From Vicugna vicugna (lineage: Eukaryota), in contig MU058531.1 of NCBI GenBank assembly GCA_013265495.1, positions 2,480,911 through 2,544,910 of the forward strand: a DNA stretch of 64,000 nucleotides, written 5' to 3'. The stretch's first letter is position 1; each line of letters begins with the position of its first letter. Positions 13,611-23,994 of the stretch are shown here, in pieces. Below the pieces are notes generated by a model that saw only the letters and a list, made by a program, of their open reading frames with translations, was not told where the DNA came from and made no database searches. A program made the position numbers and the translations under genes.

Positions 13611-14535
13611 ACTTCTATGATAGCACAAACTGGTAGATTAGAAATCCTCAAGGGAGGGCAAATAAAATAAGAACTGTCATAATGTTGTACCTTATGGTCC
13701 ACAGAACCATTAGCGTACTCACACATTATCCATTTAGGGATGACACACACATTTTTTAAGTGTCTTATATTTATAAAAACAGAAAACTTGACAGAGGCTT
13801 ATTAACATGGGGGAAATTTATTTTAATATTTTTATAAGAACTAAAAAATCAGAGACTTAAGAACCAATTAGGATATCATTACATATTATTATTATAATAG
13901 ACTTGCAAATAGGGTAATGATCTGTTTCCAAATAATTTTAGTTAAAGTTAAATTCCATGACATATTGTTAAATAGTATATATGAACATACAGAACTGAAA
14001 ATATTATAGATACATGCCTGGATATAAATGTGACCAGATGTTATATGGTAGTGTCAATTCATGGGTACCTCTGATTTTCTCTTTACAGTTTTCATATTTT
14101 TAGTGGTTATGGATTACTGTTAAAATTTTAAAAGACAGCATTATGTAACCAAAAGAGAAATGGTCAGATTTTGTTTGCATTTAGAAATAAATAAAACTTA
14201 GGAAATTTGTGGCTAACTTTTAGAAGGGATCTGGCCTTTGACTTCTGTTCCCTAAGATTATAAACTTCCTGTATGTCTTAACCTGGGTCTCCCAGAAAGC
14301 AAAGTCTGAGGTATAATCTTACTTTTTGCTACTTTTTAAAAGAGTATAATTCTAGGGAAACTGAGAAGCAGAACTGAGAGAATGGGAAATGAGATACAGA
14401 ACTTAGGAGAGCAGATGTGAAGTTGATTTATTGAGTTTGCCAGTGCTTAATATTGATCAATTTCAAGGAACTTTGGGGAGTTTATGTAATTATTGTAAAT
14501 CAGAACATTTTATCCAGGAGGAGAAAAAGTACAAA

Positions 14536-14825
14536 AGCATTATGTCTAAAAAAGTGTACATACCTTAATTTAAAAAATACTTTATTGCTAAAAAATGCTA
14601 ACCATTATCTGAACCTTTGGTGAGTTGTGTAGTCACATCAAAGATCGCTGATCACAGGCCACCATATCAAATATAATATTAATTTAAAAGTTTGAAATAT
14701 TGCAAGATGTAAATTGAGCAAATGCTATTGGAAAAATGGCTCTGTTAGACTTGCTCAACACCCACAAATCTTCAATTTGTAAAGAACGCAGTATCTGTGA
14801 AGTGCAATGAAATGAAGAGTGCCTG
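14536..14825. mobile_element. Internally deleted Tigger1-type (TcMar) DNA transposon
   Basis: gcattatgtctaaaaaa..gtacataccttaatttaaaaaatactttattgctaaaaaatgct ... gtatctgtgaagtgcaat..gcctg followed by TA. Confidence 0.8.
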
Positions 14826-15342
14826 TACTGTCACTTCAGTTTACTTATGTATTACTTTTTTGTTTTTCTTTTGATAGTGCCTTTTCTCATTTTAATATCC
14901 AATTCAGTGGGGTGGTGTAGAATATCATTTGATTTATTTAAAAATTTCTCCACCTACCCTCAAGTGTATTTTGATTATGAATATTGTTGTATGATACTGA
15001 CTGTTTTGGAAAATCTTAGTCCTACTACCAATTGTAGTATATTGGCGAAATCATGTACTTTTTCTGTATGTTTCAGTTTTCTCATCTATACATTGTTAAT
15101 AGTAATATCTGCCATAGATATCTACCTGATAGAAGTCTAGAAAAAAATTAAAGTTTATTTATATATGAAAATGTGTGTCAGGTCCTCTTGGACACAGGCT
15201 ACACTTTACTAATTACTGCATGCCCAGCATGTCACCAATGCTTTATAAGTAATAGGCGTTCAGTAAATATTTTTCGAATTGAAAAAAGAAATCACTCTAT
15301 TAGTAGTTTTTTAAATAGGTTTTGTGACTCAGTATTATTTCT

Positions 15343-15968
15343 TTTTTTTTAACATTTTTTATTGATTTATAATCATTTTACAATGTTGTGTCAAATTCCA
15401 GTGTTCAGCACAATTTTTCAGTCATTCATGGACATATACACACTCATTGTCACATTTTTTTCTCTGTGACTTATCATAACATTTTGTGTATATTTCCCTG
15501 TGCTATACAGTGTAATCTTGTTTATCTATTCTACAATTTTGAAATCCCAGTCTATCCCTTCCCACCCTCTACCCCCCTGGTAACCACAAGTCTGTATTCT
15601 CTGTCCATGAGTCTATTTCTGTCCTGTATTTATGCTTTGTTTTTGTTTGTTTGTTTGTTTTTGTTTTTTAGATTCCACATATGAGCGATCTCATATGGTA
15701 TTTTTCTTTCTCTTTCTGGCTTACTTCACTTAGAATGACATTCTCTAGGAGCATCCATGTTGCTGCAAATGGCATTATGTTGTCGGTTTTTATGGCTGAG
15801 TAGTATTCCATTGTATAAATATACCACATCTTCTTTATCTGTTGATGGACATTTAGGCTGTTTCCATGTTTTGGCTATTGTAAATAGTGCTGCTATGAAC
15901 ATTGGGGTGCAGGTATCATCCTGAAGTAGATTTCCTTCTGGATACAAGCCCAGGAGTGGGATTCCTGG
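15343..15968 (-). mobile_element. Young 5'-truncated lineage-specific L1 (camelid-like 3' UTR)
   Basis: poly-T start; ORF2 C-terminus [25 protein letters not shown]; perfect flanking direct repeat gtgactcagtattatttct at 15324-15342 and 15969-15987. Confidence 0.95.
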
Positions 15969-16447
15969 GTGACTCAGTATTATTTCTAATTGCCTTCAAG
16001 GGTGTGTAAAATTTTCCAAAAAAAGTTTCCTTAAAATATATTTTAACTTGATTTAAATCTGTGCTAGGTACTTTTTTTATAATAATGGTATGTGGGTGGG
16101 AGAGATTATGCAATTATGTATCAAATAACTAAATATTCTAATTAAAAATTTGGAGCTATTATACATATATACATTTAAGGTATTTTAATGACTATAATAA
16201 TGCTTCTGATGTTACAGATTTAGATAAAATGAAATAAAAAAGTTGTATATTAGTGAATTTTCATGCTGCAACTTGTTCATGTGGTTTATAGTTTGTGCTT
16301 AGTAAACAGAAATAAATGTTAATTTTACTTATTTTATTTTCACTATATATCCTTTTTGATAGTAGTATTGGACTGATTATTTGGACTTACTTGTAAAATT
16401 AATGTAATAAGAACTTTTTACAGAGTTGGTTTTTTAACTTGTTATAG

Positions 16448-16652
16448 GTATTATTCTGCTCTAAAAACTATGGAACAATTAGAGAATGTGTATTTTCCCC
16501 GGGTTAGTCAATACCGGTTTTGTCAGCTAATGATAGAAAATCTTCCTAAACTCCGTGAAGATATTAAAGAAGTCTCCATGTCTGATCTCAAAGACTTTTT
16601 GGAAAGCATTCGAAAACATTCTGACAAAATAGGTGAAACAGCAATGAAACAG
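16448..16652 (+). CDS. EXOC6: EXOC6 exon 6 (205 nt): (R)YYSALKTMEQLENVYFPRVSQYRFCQLMIENLPKLREDIKEVSMSDLKDFLESIRKHSDKIGETAMKQ
   Basis: acceptor gttatag|G, donor CAG|gtgaga; overlaps ORF 16470..16679. Confidence 0.97.
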
Positions 16653-17109
16653 GTGAGATTAAAAAGAATTTTAATTTAATGTTATTTAGTAATCTAGGTT
16701 CTAGAATACATCCAAAGTTTACTTTTTTTTACTTACATGAAATGCTTGTTTTTGTTTAGTTTTATCCTTTTCTTCATTTTCCTTATTCTTGTTGAGAATG
16801 GATTTCATCAGCTTTTTCTTTCTTTCTTTTTTTTTTTTGTTTTTTTGGTTTGCAGTTATTCCTTATTTAAGTAAAGTCAGTCTAACTTGACTCACCAACT
16901 GATGTCTTGGTAATCTTCCCCATGTATATAATACTACATTAATTGTTATCAGCAGTCATATTTGATATAAAATTAGCTGAAAAGTGGCAGCCACAGAGGC
17001 AAGTGGGAGCTGTTTTATGCTAAGGTTATAAATTGCTCTCTTTTTAAAGCAACTTGAAAGTATTGTCTTTGAATTAACTTCTATAGCTCAGTAATAAAGC
17101 AGTAAACAA

Positions 17110-17790
17110 TGTGGCAGTTATAAAATTAATGTACCTACCTTTAGAGTCAGCAGTTCCTCTCCTAGGTATTTACCAATGTCCTCGTGATGCTCATAGCAGG
17201 TTTGTTACAACTAGCCAAAGACTGGAAATAACAAATGGACATCAAAGGGAGAATGGATACACAAATTGTGCTATTATCACACAATGGAATATTACTTAAC
17301 AATAAGTAAGAAGGAATGAATTACTGATATATGTAACAACATATATGAATCTTCCAGACATTATACTGAGCTACAGAAGCTGTACACAAAAAAAGCACAC
17401 AAATATCCATTTATATGTATTTCTAAAGCAGGCAAAACTAATTTAAAGTAAAAAAAAAATCAGAGTAGTGCTTGTCTCTCAATGGGGAGATTGCCTGGGA
17501 AGGGACATAAGGGAACTTTCTGGGGAGATGGAAATGTTCTATACCATGATGAAGTATATCCACTTGTATAGTTAAGATCTGTACATTTTGCTGTATGTAA
17601 GTCTTACCTCAAAAAAATTGTAAACAATAATTGGGGTGTTTGTGGAGTGAGTGGGTAAAGGTATAGATGAAAGAAAGATGTATAAATATTGTTGAAGAAA
17701 GGTAATGAGAACTTAAAAGTTCATAATGTTAATCTTTTTACTTTGTTATTTGAAGTGTTCAGTAATAAAAAGTTTAAAAATAATTATAAT
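17110..17790 (+). mobile_element. Old L1 (L1MC/L1ME-like) 3' fragments
   Basis: cagcagttcctctcctaggtattt...acaatggaatattact...gggaactttctggggagatggaaatgttcta. Confidence 0.75.
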
Positions 17791-17884
17791 TGAATTAAAA
17801 TTTCTAAGAGTTAGCTGTTAAAACACCTCAATAATTACAATGTCACAGAAATGAAACAGTGCTTAACATGCTTTCTAACTCCTG

Positions 17885-18775
17885 AAAAGGCAGCCTATGG
17901 AGTGGGAGAAAATACTTATAAACTATATATCTGATTAGAGGTTAATATAATATGTAGGGGATTCATACAACTTAATAGCAAAAAAGTAATCACCTGATTG
18001 AAAAATGAGCTGGGAATTTGAATGGACGTTTCTCTAAAGGAGACATAAAAATGGCCAATAGATATATGAAAAGATGTTAAACTTCACTAACCATCAGGGA
18101 AATGCAAACTAAAATCACAATGGGATATCACCTTATACCTCTCAAGATAGCTATTATCAAGAGAAAAAAAGGCAACAAGTATTGGTAAGGATGTGGAAAA
18201 ATTGGAACACTTGCATAGTGTTGGTGGGAATGCAGAATGGTGTAGCTGCTATGGAAAACAGTATGGGGGTTCCTCAAAAATCTAAAATTAGATCTATCAT
18301 ATGTCCCATTCTGGGTATTTATCCTAAAAACTGAAATGAGGATCTTGAAGAGAGATTAGCACTCCCATACTCTTTGCAGCATTATTCACTATATCTAAGA
18401 TGTGGTAACAATCTAAATGTTCATTGACAAGTGAATGGATTAAGAAAATGTGGTATGTACATACAATGGAATGCTATCCAGCCTTTAAAAAGGAAATTAT
18501 GAGCTATCTGAAATAGTCAAATTCATAGAATCAAAGAGTAGGATGCTGGTTGCCAGAGGGAAATGAGGAGTTACTAATCAACAGGCATAAAGTTTCAGTT
18601 AATCAAGATGAATAAGCTCTAGAGGTCTTCGGTAAAACATTATACCTATCAATAATAATGGATTATATTATTAATATAATATTAATATATATTAATAATG
18701 TAATATGTATATACACTTAAAAATTTAAGAGGGTAGATCTCATGTAAAATGTGCTTACCACAGTAAAGTAAAATC
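17885..18775 (+). mobile_element. L1MA-like LINE-1 3' portion
   Basis: aaaaggcagcctatggagtgggagaaaat ... gagggtagatctcatg..aatgtgcttaccaca. Confidence 0.85.
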
Positions 18776-18789
18776 GAAAAAGAAAAAGT

Positions 18790-19055
18790 GGAAGAAAATA
18801 ATCAAGATAAGAGTAGAAATCAATGTAATAGACAAAAATACAATAGGGAGGATCAACAAAGCCAAAAGTTGGTTCTTAGTCTTTTCGAATAAAGTTGATA
18901 AACCTCTGCAAGACTGTTGAAAAAGAAGAGAGCATAAATCATGAATTAAAAATGGGACATTATTCCAGATCCTACACCTACAAGACATTAAAAAGATGAC
19001 AAAATATGAACAAATTCTTGAACCAGTTTTGATGACAATAACTTTTGAAATAATC
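18790..19055 (+). mobile_element. Decayed L1 ORF2 fragment abutting the exon 7 acceptor
   Basis: gatcaacaaagccaaaagttggttct..aataaagttgataaacctctg..agacattaaaaagat..tatgaacaa. Confidence 0.7.
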
Positions 19056-19079
19056 TGAATTTTTCTTTTTCCAAAATAG

Positions 19080-19232
19080 GCACAGCAGCAGAAAATCTTC
19101 AGTGTTACTCTGCAGAAGCAAAATAATGTAAAATTTGGGAAGAATATATATATAAATAATAGAAGTCCAGATGAAAGGAATAAAACTGTATTGAAACATG
19201 CATTTGAGGAAGAGGATGAAAATGAAGAGGAG
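19080..19232 (+). CDS. EXOC6: EXOC6 exon 7 (153 nt): AQQQKIFSVTLQKQNNVKFGKNIYINNRSPDERNKTVLKHAFEEEDENEEE
   Basis: acceptor ccaaaatag|GCA, donor GAG|gtgatg; open 51 codons, variable acidic linker. Confidence 0.93.
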
Positions 19233-19244
19233 GTGATGGAAGTT

Positions 19245-19360
19245 TATTTCTTTCTTTCTCTTTCTTTGCATCTTTTCTTTTCTTCTTTCCTCCCTTCCTT
19301 CCTTCATTGCTTTCCTTCCTCTCCTTCCTTTCCTTCCTTTTTTCCTTCCTCCTTCATCTA
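19245..19360. repeat. Pyrimidine-rich (CCTT/CTTT)n low-complexity tract
   Basis: starts about 13 nt after the exon 7 donor. Confidence 0.9.
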
Positions 19361-21286
19361 CTATTGGATGATTTTTTTTTCTCTTGAGTTGTAATGTATG
19401 TCTGTGTATAACTCTCAATCTTCCCATGTGTATTTTGAATTTATGTAGATCTGTTTGTAATGAGCTATTACAGCAAAATAGTCATCTGAAATGTCACACT
19501 GCATAATTGACAGATAAACAAGATATATTGTAGATTGCATTTGTGAGCTGCAGATAATTGAACCTAGGTGTTCTGCCATAATTAGCAGTAAAAATGTAAA
19601 TTAAATGATTTTTTGGTAGTGAATACTCGTATTTTAATTACCTGTGGCAGACATTTAATTGCATGATGGCTTAACCTTGCTATTTAGACTAACTCTGGAT
19701 ACCCTACTTTTTTTGTTGTTGTTGTTGTTGCTGAGGTACAACAAAATAATTTTAAAGATTAAAGTTTTTAATTTCTTTAAAAAGTTTTATTAAGTCTAGA
19801 AACTTTGAAATTATCCTTAAATATTTGCTTTTTTTTATCCTCTATACTCAAATTTATTCCTAGTTCTAGTGCTTCCTTTATTCTCTCCACAAAGTCTTCT
19901 GTTAAGCCTACTTTTTATCTTTTCTTATGAGTTCCTTTTGAATTTAGTTAATACCATAAGAAGTCAAATATTCACAATTGTTTCTAAGTTTTGCCTTGTC
20001 AGGGAGATTTTGAATTCTTTTTCTAAGGACACTGTTGGAGCGTAGTAAGAACTTTTAATTGATTGATAAAAAGGAACCATGTGAATATGTGCCCATGGTT
20101 TCTGTGGATTGAAAGAACTACTCTGCACATTTGTTCTGTATGCCTGAGGATGAGTGAGACTGTATGTATTTATGAGTGTGTATGTGTTTATATATATGTA
20201 TTATGTGTATATGTGTGTATATATACATATGTATGCATTTATAGTGGATGTCTGATATACAGACAAATGAACAGCTTTAGACATTTTAATGTCTTTCTAA
20301 TGCAGAATTAATGTCACTTGATTAGTCCCTTGAAATTAAATAAATGTTTGAGTTATACTTTTTTGTCCTTTCTTAATCAATATTCAGAGATCTCTGTAAG
20401 TCTTTTCTATCTTGAAATTCAGAAAGGTGAAAATAGACCATCTAGTCTTCTTATCTCAATTTTCCCTGGTCTGTTTTGTATGTCTTTAACTGCTTGGAGC
20501 ATTGCCATTGTGCCTTACCCCCAAATCCATACTCTAAGAGAAACTTGGTTGTTTCCCTGTTCTTTTAGATCTGTTTTACTATTACTACAGTTTGTTTCTA
20601 TTGTTTTACCAAATAAGTAACAGTATAATAAAAATAATTTAAGTTTACTCTGAGGATTCATGAGAATAGAAGTGTGTTCCTTTAAAAAGTTTATTTCTCA
20701 AATTTGGAAAATTTTATTTCATCAATTCTAAGATGTGCTTTTAAAAATATTATTAAAATCTCAGAATCAGGATACATCTTAAAATTGATGATATTATAGT
20801 TTCAAGGGGTTTTTACTGTTTTTTCTTTCTTTCTTAGTGTTCCATAAAATAATAGTAATGATGTCTTCCATTTAATGAAATAATGATAAATCATGTGACT
20901 TAGCTGCATTAAAGAAGGAACTTCGTCTATAACTAAACCATATATTTATGTACCATCTTTAGCAGAAACAATAATGATGTATCTAGTTATCCATAGCAAT
21001 TTTCCTGTAATCTGCCAATCATGTTGAAGATAGACAGTCTCTCCCCTTTTGATACCTTATAATCTAAAGTAGTCAACAGTGATGATAAATATATAAAGAA
21101 TGAACTACTGAACAAATGCTGAAACAAAATAAAAAAGGCATTATGTTTATATTGTATTTTTTTAAATAGTTGATAAATGTTGCAACATGAAGTCTGGGAA
21201 CCTCCTGGTCTAACTTTAACTTTATATTATTCAACAGTAGACTAGAGTTTAACCTATAATTTTTTAAAAATGGTTTTATTTTTCAG

Positions 21287-21355
21287 GTCTTAACTGTTCA
21301 AGATCTTGTTGATTTTTCCCCTGTTTACCGATGTTTGCACATTTATTCTGTTTTG
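21287..21355 (+). CDS. EXOC6: EXOC6 exon 8 (69 nt): VLTVQDLVDFSPVYRCLHIYSVL
   Basis: acceptor ttttcag|GTC, donor TTG|gtaagt; conserved Sec15 DFSPVYRCLHIY motif. Confidence 0.97.
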
Positions 21356-21574
21356 GTAAGTATCTTTTGTGTATGTGTATGTGTATACACATGTGCATAT
21401 ATTTGCATTATTAAAAGGACATGTATGCATTTTCGGCCTGCTTATCTAAAGGCTGAGCACAAGCTCAGTGAGCTGTGAATCTTTATGCAGTATTTATTTG
21501 TGAATATCCATTGCATATAAGGCATTTACTTTTTTCTTTAACTTATCATAGTATACTTTCAAGTATACTGTACT

Positions 21575-22410
21575 TTTAGGTTGTTTCCACATCTTGGCTA
21601 TTGTAAATAGTGCTGCTATGAATATTGGGGTGTATGTATCTTTTTGAATGAGAGTTTTTTCCCAGATGTAAGCGCAGGGGTAGGATTGCTAGGTCATATA
21701 GTAAGTATTTTTAGTTTTTTAAGGAATCTCCATACTGTTTTCTTTAGTGACTTTACCTAACTACATTCTCAATAACAGCATAAGAGGGTTCCCTTTTCTT
21801 CACACTGTCTCTAGCATTTACTGTTTGTGGACTTTATAAAGATGGCGATTCTGACCGGTGTGAGGTGGTACCTCACTGCAGTTTTGATTTGCGTTTCTCT
21901 GATGATTAGTGATATTGACACCTTTTCATGTGCGTATTGGGCATATCTGTACGTCTTCTTTGGAGAAATGTCTATTTAGGTGTTCTGCCCATTTTTTGAT
22001 TGGGTTGTTTGTTTTTTTGTTAAAGAGTTGTATGAGCTGTCTGTATATTCTGGAAATAAAGCCCTTGTCAGTTGCATCGTTTGCAAATATTTTCTCCCTG
22101 TCCGTAGGTTGTCTTTTCATTTTGTTGATGGTTTCCTTCGCTGTACAAAAGCTTATTGGATTAAGTCCTATTTGTTTATTTTTGCTTTTATTTCTCTTGC
22201 CATAGGAGACTGACCTAGGAAAACATGCTGTGATTTATGTACAAGAATGTTTTGCGTACGTTCTCGTCCAGGAGATTTATTGTGTCCTGTCTTCTGTTTA
22301 AGTCTTTAAGCCATTTTGAGTTTATTTTTGTGTATGGTGTGAAGGAGTGCTCTAACTTCATTGATTTATATGCGGCTATCCAGCTTTCCCAGCACCACTT
22401 GCCAAAGGGA
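21575..22410 (-). mobile_element. L1 ORF2 3' fragment, moderately young, 3' UTR missing
   Basis: minus ORF 21926..22120 [38 protein letters not shown] is L1 ORF2. Confidence 0.9.
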
Positions 22411-22814
22411 ATGGCAGTATGACTTTTCTTTTGAAAACACTAAGAAAGTCATGTTTTTTGTAGCTACTTAAGTATCAAAATATCAGAAGTTTTTCAGTGA
22501 AAATATGAGTTTTCATATTTTTCTATTGTTAACTTTTTCTTCTTTCTTTTTGATTTTCTTTGGCACCCTGAGTAGGGAAATGAGTTACCAACCTTTCCTA
22601 ATGACTCTGGATGGATTCTCCTTTAAGAAGAGAGGAAGACAGAGGAGATAGATATATAGTCATTTACTCATTCAGTCATTTATTTATTCAACGAAAATTT
22701 ATTTAGTGTCTTCCATGTGCCAAGCGTTGTGCTAACTGCTAAGGATACAGTGGTGAACTAGTTGGACAAGGATCATATTCTAATGGACTTAGAGTCAGAT
22801 GGAAAAGATAGATC

Positions 22815-23015
22815 TCTGTTGTCTGGTACAGCAGCCACTAGCTATATGTGGCTATTTAAATTAACTAAAATTAAACAAAATAAAAATTAAGTACCTTAGT
22901 CCTATTAGTCACATTTCAAATACTCAGTGGTCATAGGTGTCTAGTGGCTACCATGTTAGGCAGTGCAAATACAGAAAACTTCTGTTATCACAGAAAGTGC
23001 TATTGGACAGTAGTG
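22815..23015. mobile_element. MER3-like hAT-Charlie element nested in L2 (L2 about 22660-23300)
   Basis: cagccactagctatatgtggctatt...tcacatttcaa..ctagtggctacc..cagaaagtgctattggacag. Confidence 0.8.
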
Positions 23016-23622
23016 AGATAAACTAATAATCAGGAAATTACAGCAGGGTGTGGTGAGGGCTATGAATGGATGTACAGATTACTATAGGATAACATAGATG
23101 ATAACAAGCCTTGTTATTATCAGGTTGAGGAAGGCTTTCTAAAGGAAGTAACATCTAGGATGAGTCCTAAATATATTTCACAAAAGCCTGGAAAGGAAAA
23201 GAAAATGGTATATTGATTATACTGAGATGAGGCAGGAGATGGAGGAAGATGCCAGATAGGTAGGGTCTTACACAACGTGTTCAGAAATTGAGGCTTGACA
23301 GCTAATTTCCTTACTTAGTTTCCCTCACTGACAGCCATATTTTCTTTGATCAGTCAAAAATCCATAAAGCCCAGATGATAAGTTGTGCAGCTGTCAAATT
23401 ATTTGAAGTTACCTTTGGTCTTCTTAATCTTAATGATACCAAACAATGTTACTGTCTTTGAACTATAATGCCAAAACTTGTTCTTGATATTCCATATGAA
23501 ATACCATTCTGCATTTAATTTCAGTTGTTAGAAGCTTAAAAATGACTCTTAAGGGGTAAAGAAGTTATCTGTTTAAGCAGTGTGTTTGTGTGTTTTTCAT
23601 TACTTTGCTGATTTTATTTTAG

Positions 23623-23706
23623 GGTGATGAGGAAACATTTGAAAATTATTACCGAAAACAAAGAAAGAAACAAGCAAGACTGGTATTGCAACCCCAGTCA
23701 AATATG
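23623..23706 (+). CDS. EXOC6: EXOC6 exon 9 (84 nt): GDEETFENYYRKQRKKQARLVLQPQSNM
   Basis: acceptor attttag|GGT, donor ATG|gtaagc. Confidence 0.97.
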
Positions 23707-23994
23707 GTAAGCATGTGAAAGTTTTGAATTGGCTTTGTTATCAGTTTTATCCCCTTTAATTTCTTTAGAGCATGCATCGCTATTCGTTCAACTACAAATA
23801 TTTATTGAATACCTATCGTTTCCAATAATTGGTGTAGGTGTGAAGTTTACAGCAGTAAGAGAAAAAGGATAAGTCCCTTCTCTCATGAGCTTACATTCTA
23901 TTAGGGAAGATAGACTGTAAACAAATAAATAAGACAATGAATAAATAAAAAGATAAACAAATAAATATATAAAATGTCAGGGAGTGATAATTAG

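Noticed and set aside
16500..16502. Arg (CGG) in exon 6 where I recall Trp in human
   Set aside because: CGG/TGG is a CpG transition and Arg is probably ancestral, so it is not peculiar to this genome.
18978..19427. Longest ORF in the track (149 aa, minus strand, K/R/E-rich)
   Set aside because: It is the antisense of exon 7 plus the (CCTT)n tract; low complexity explains the lack of stops.
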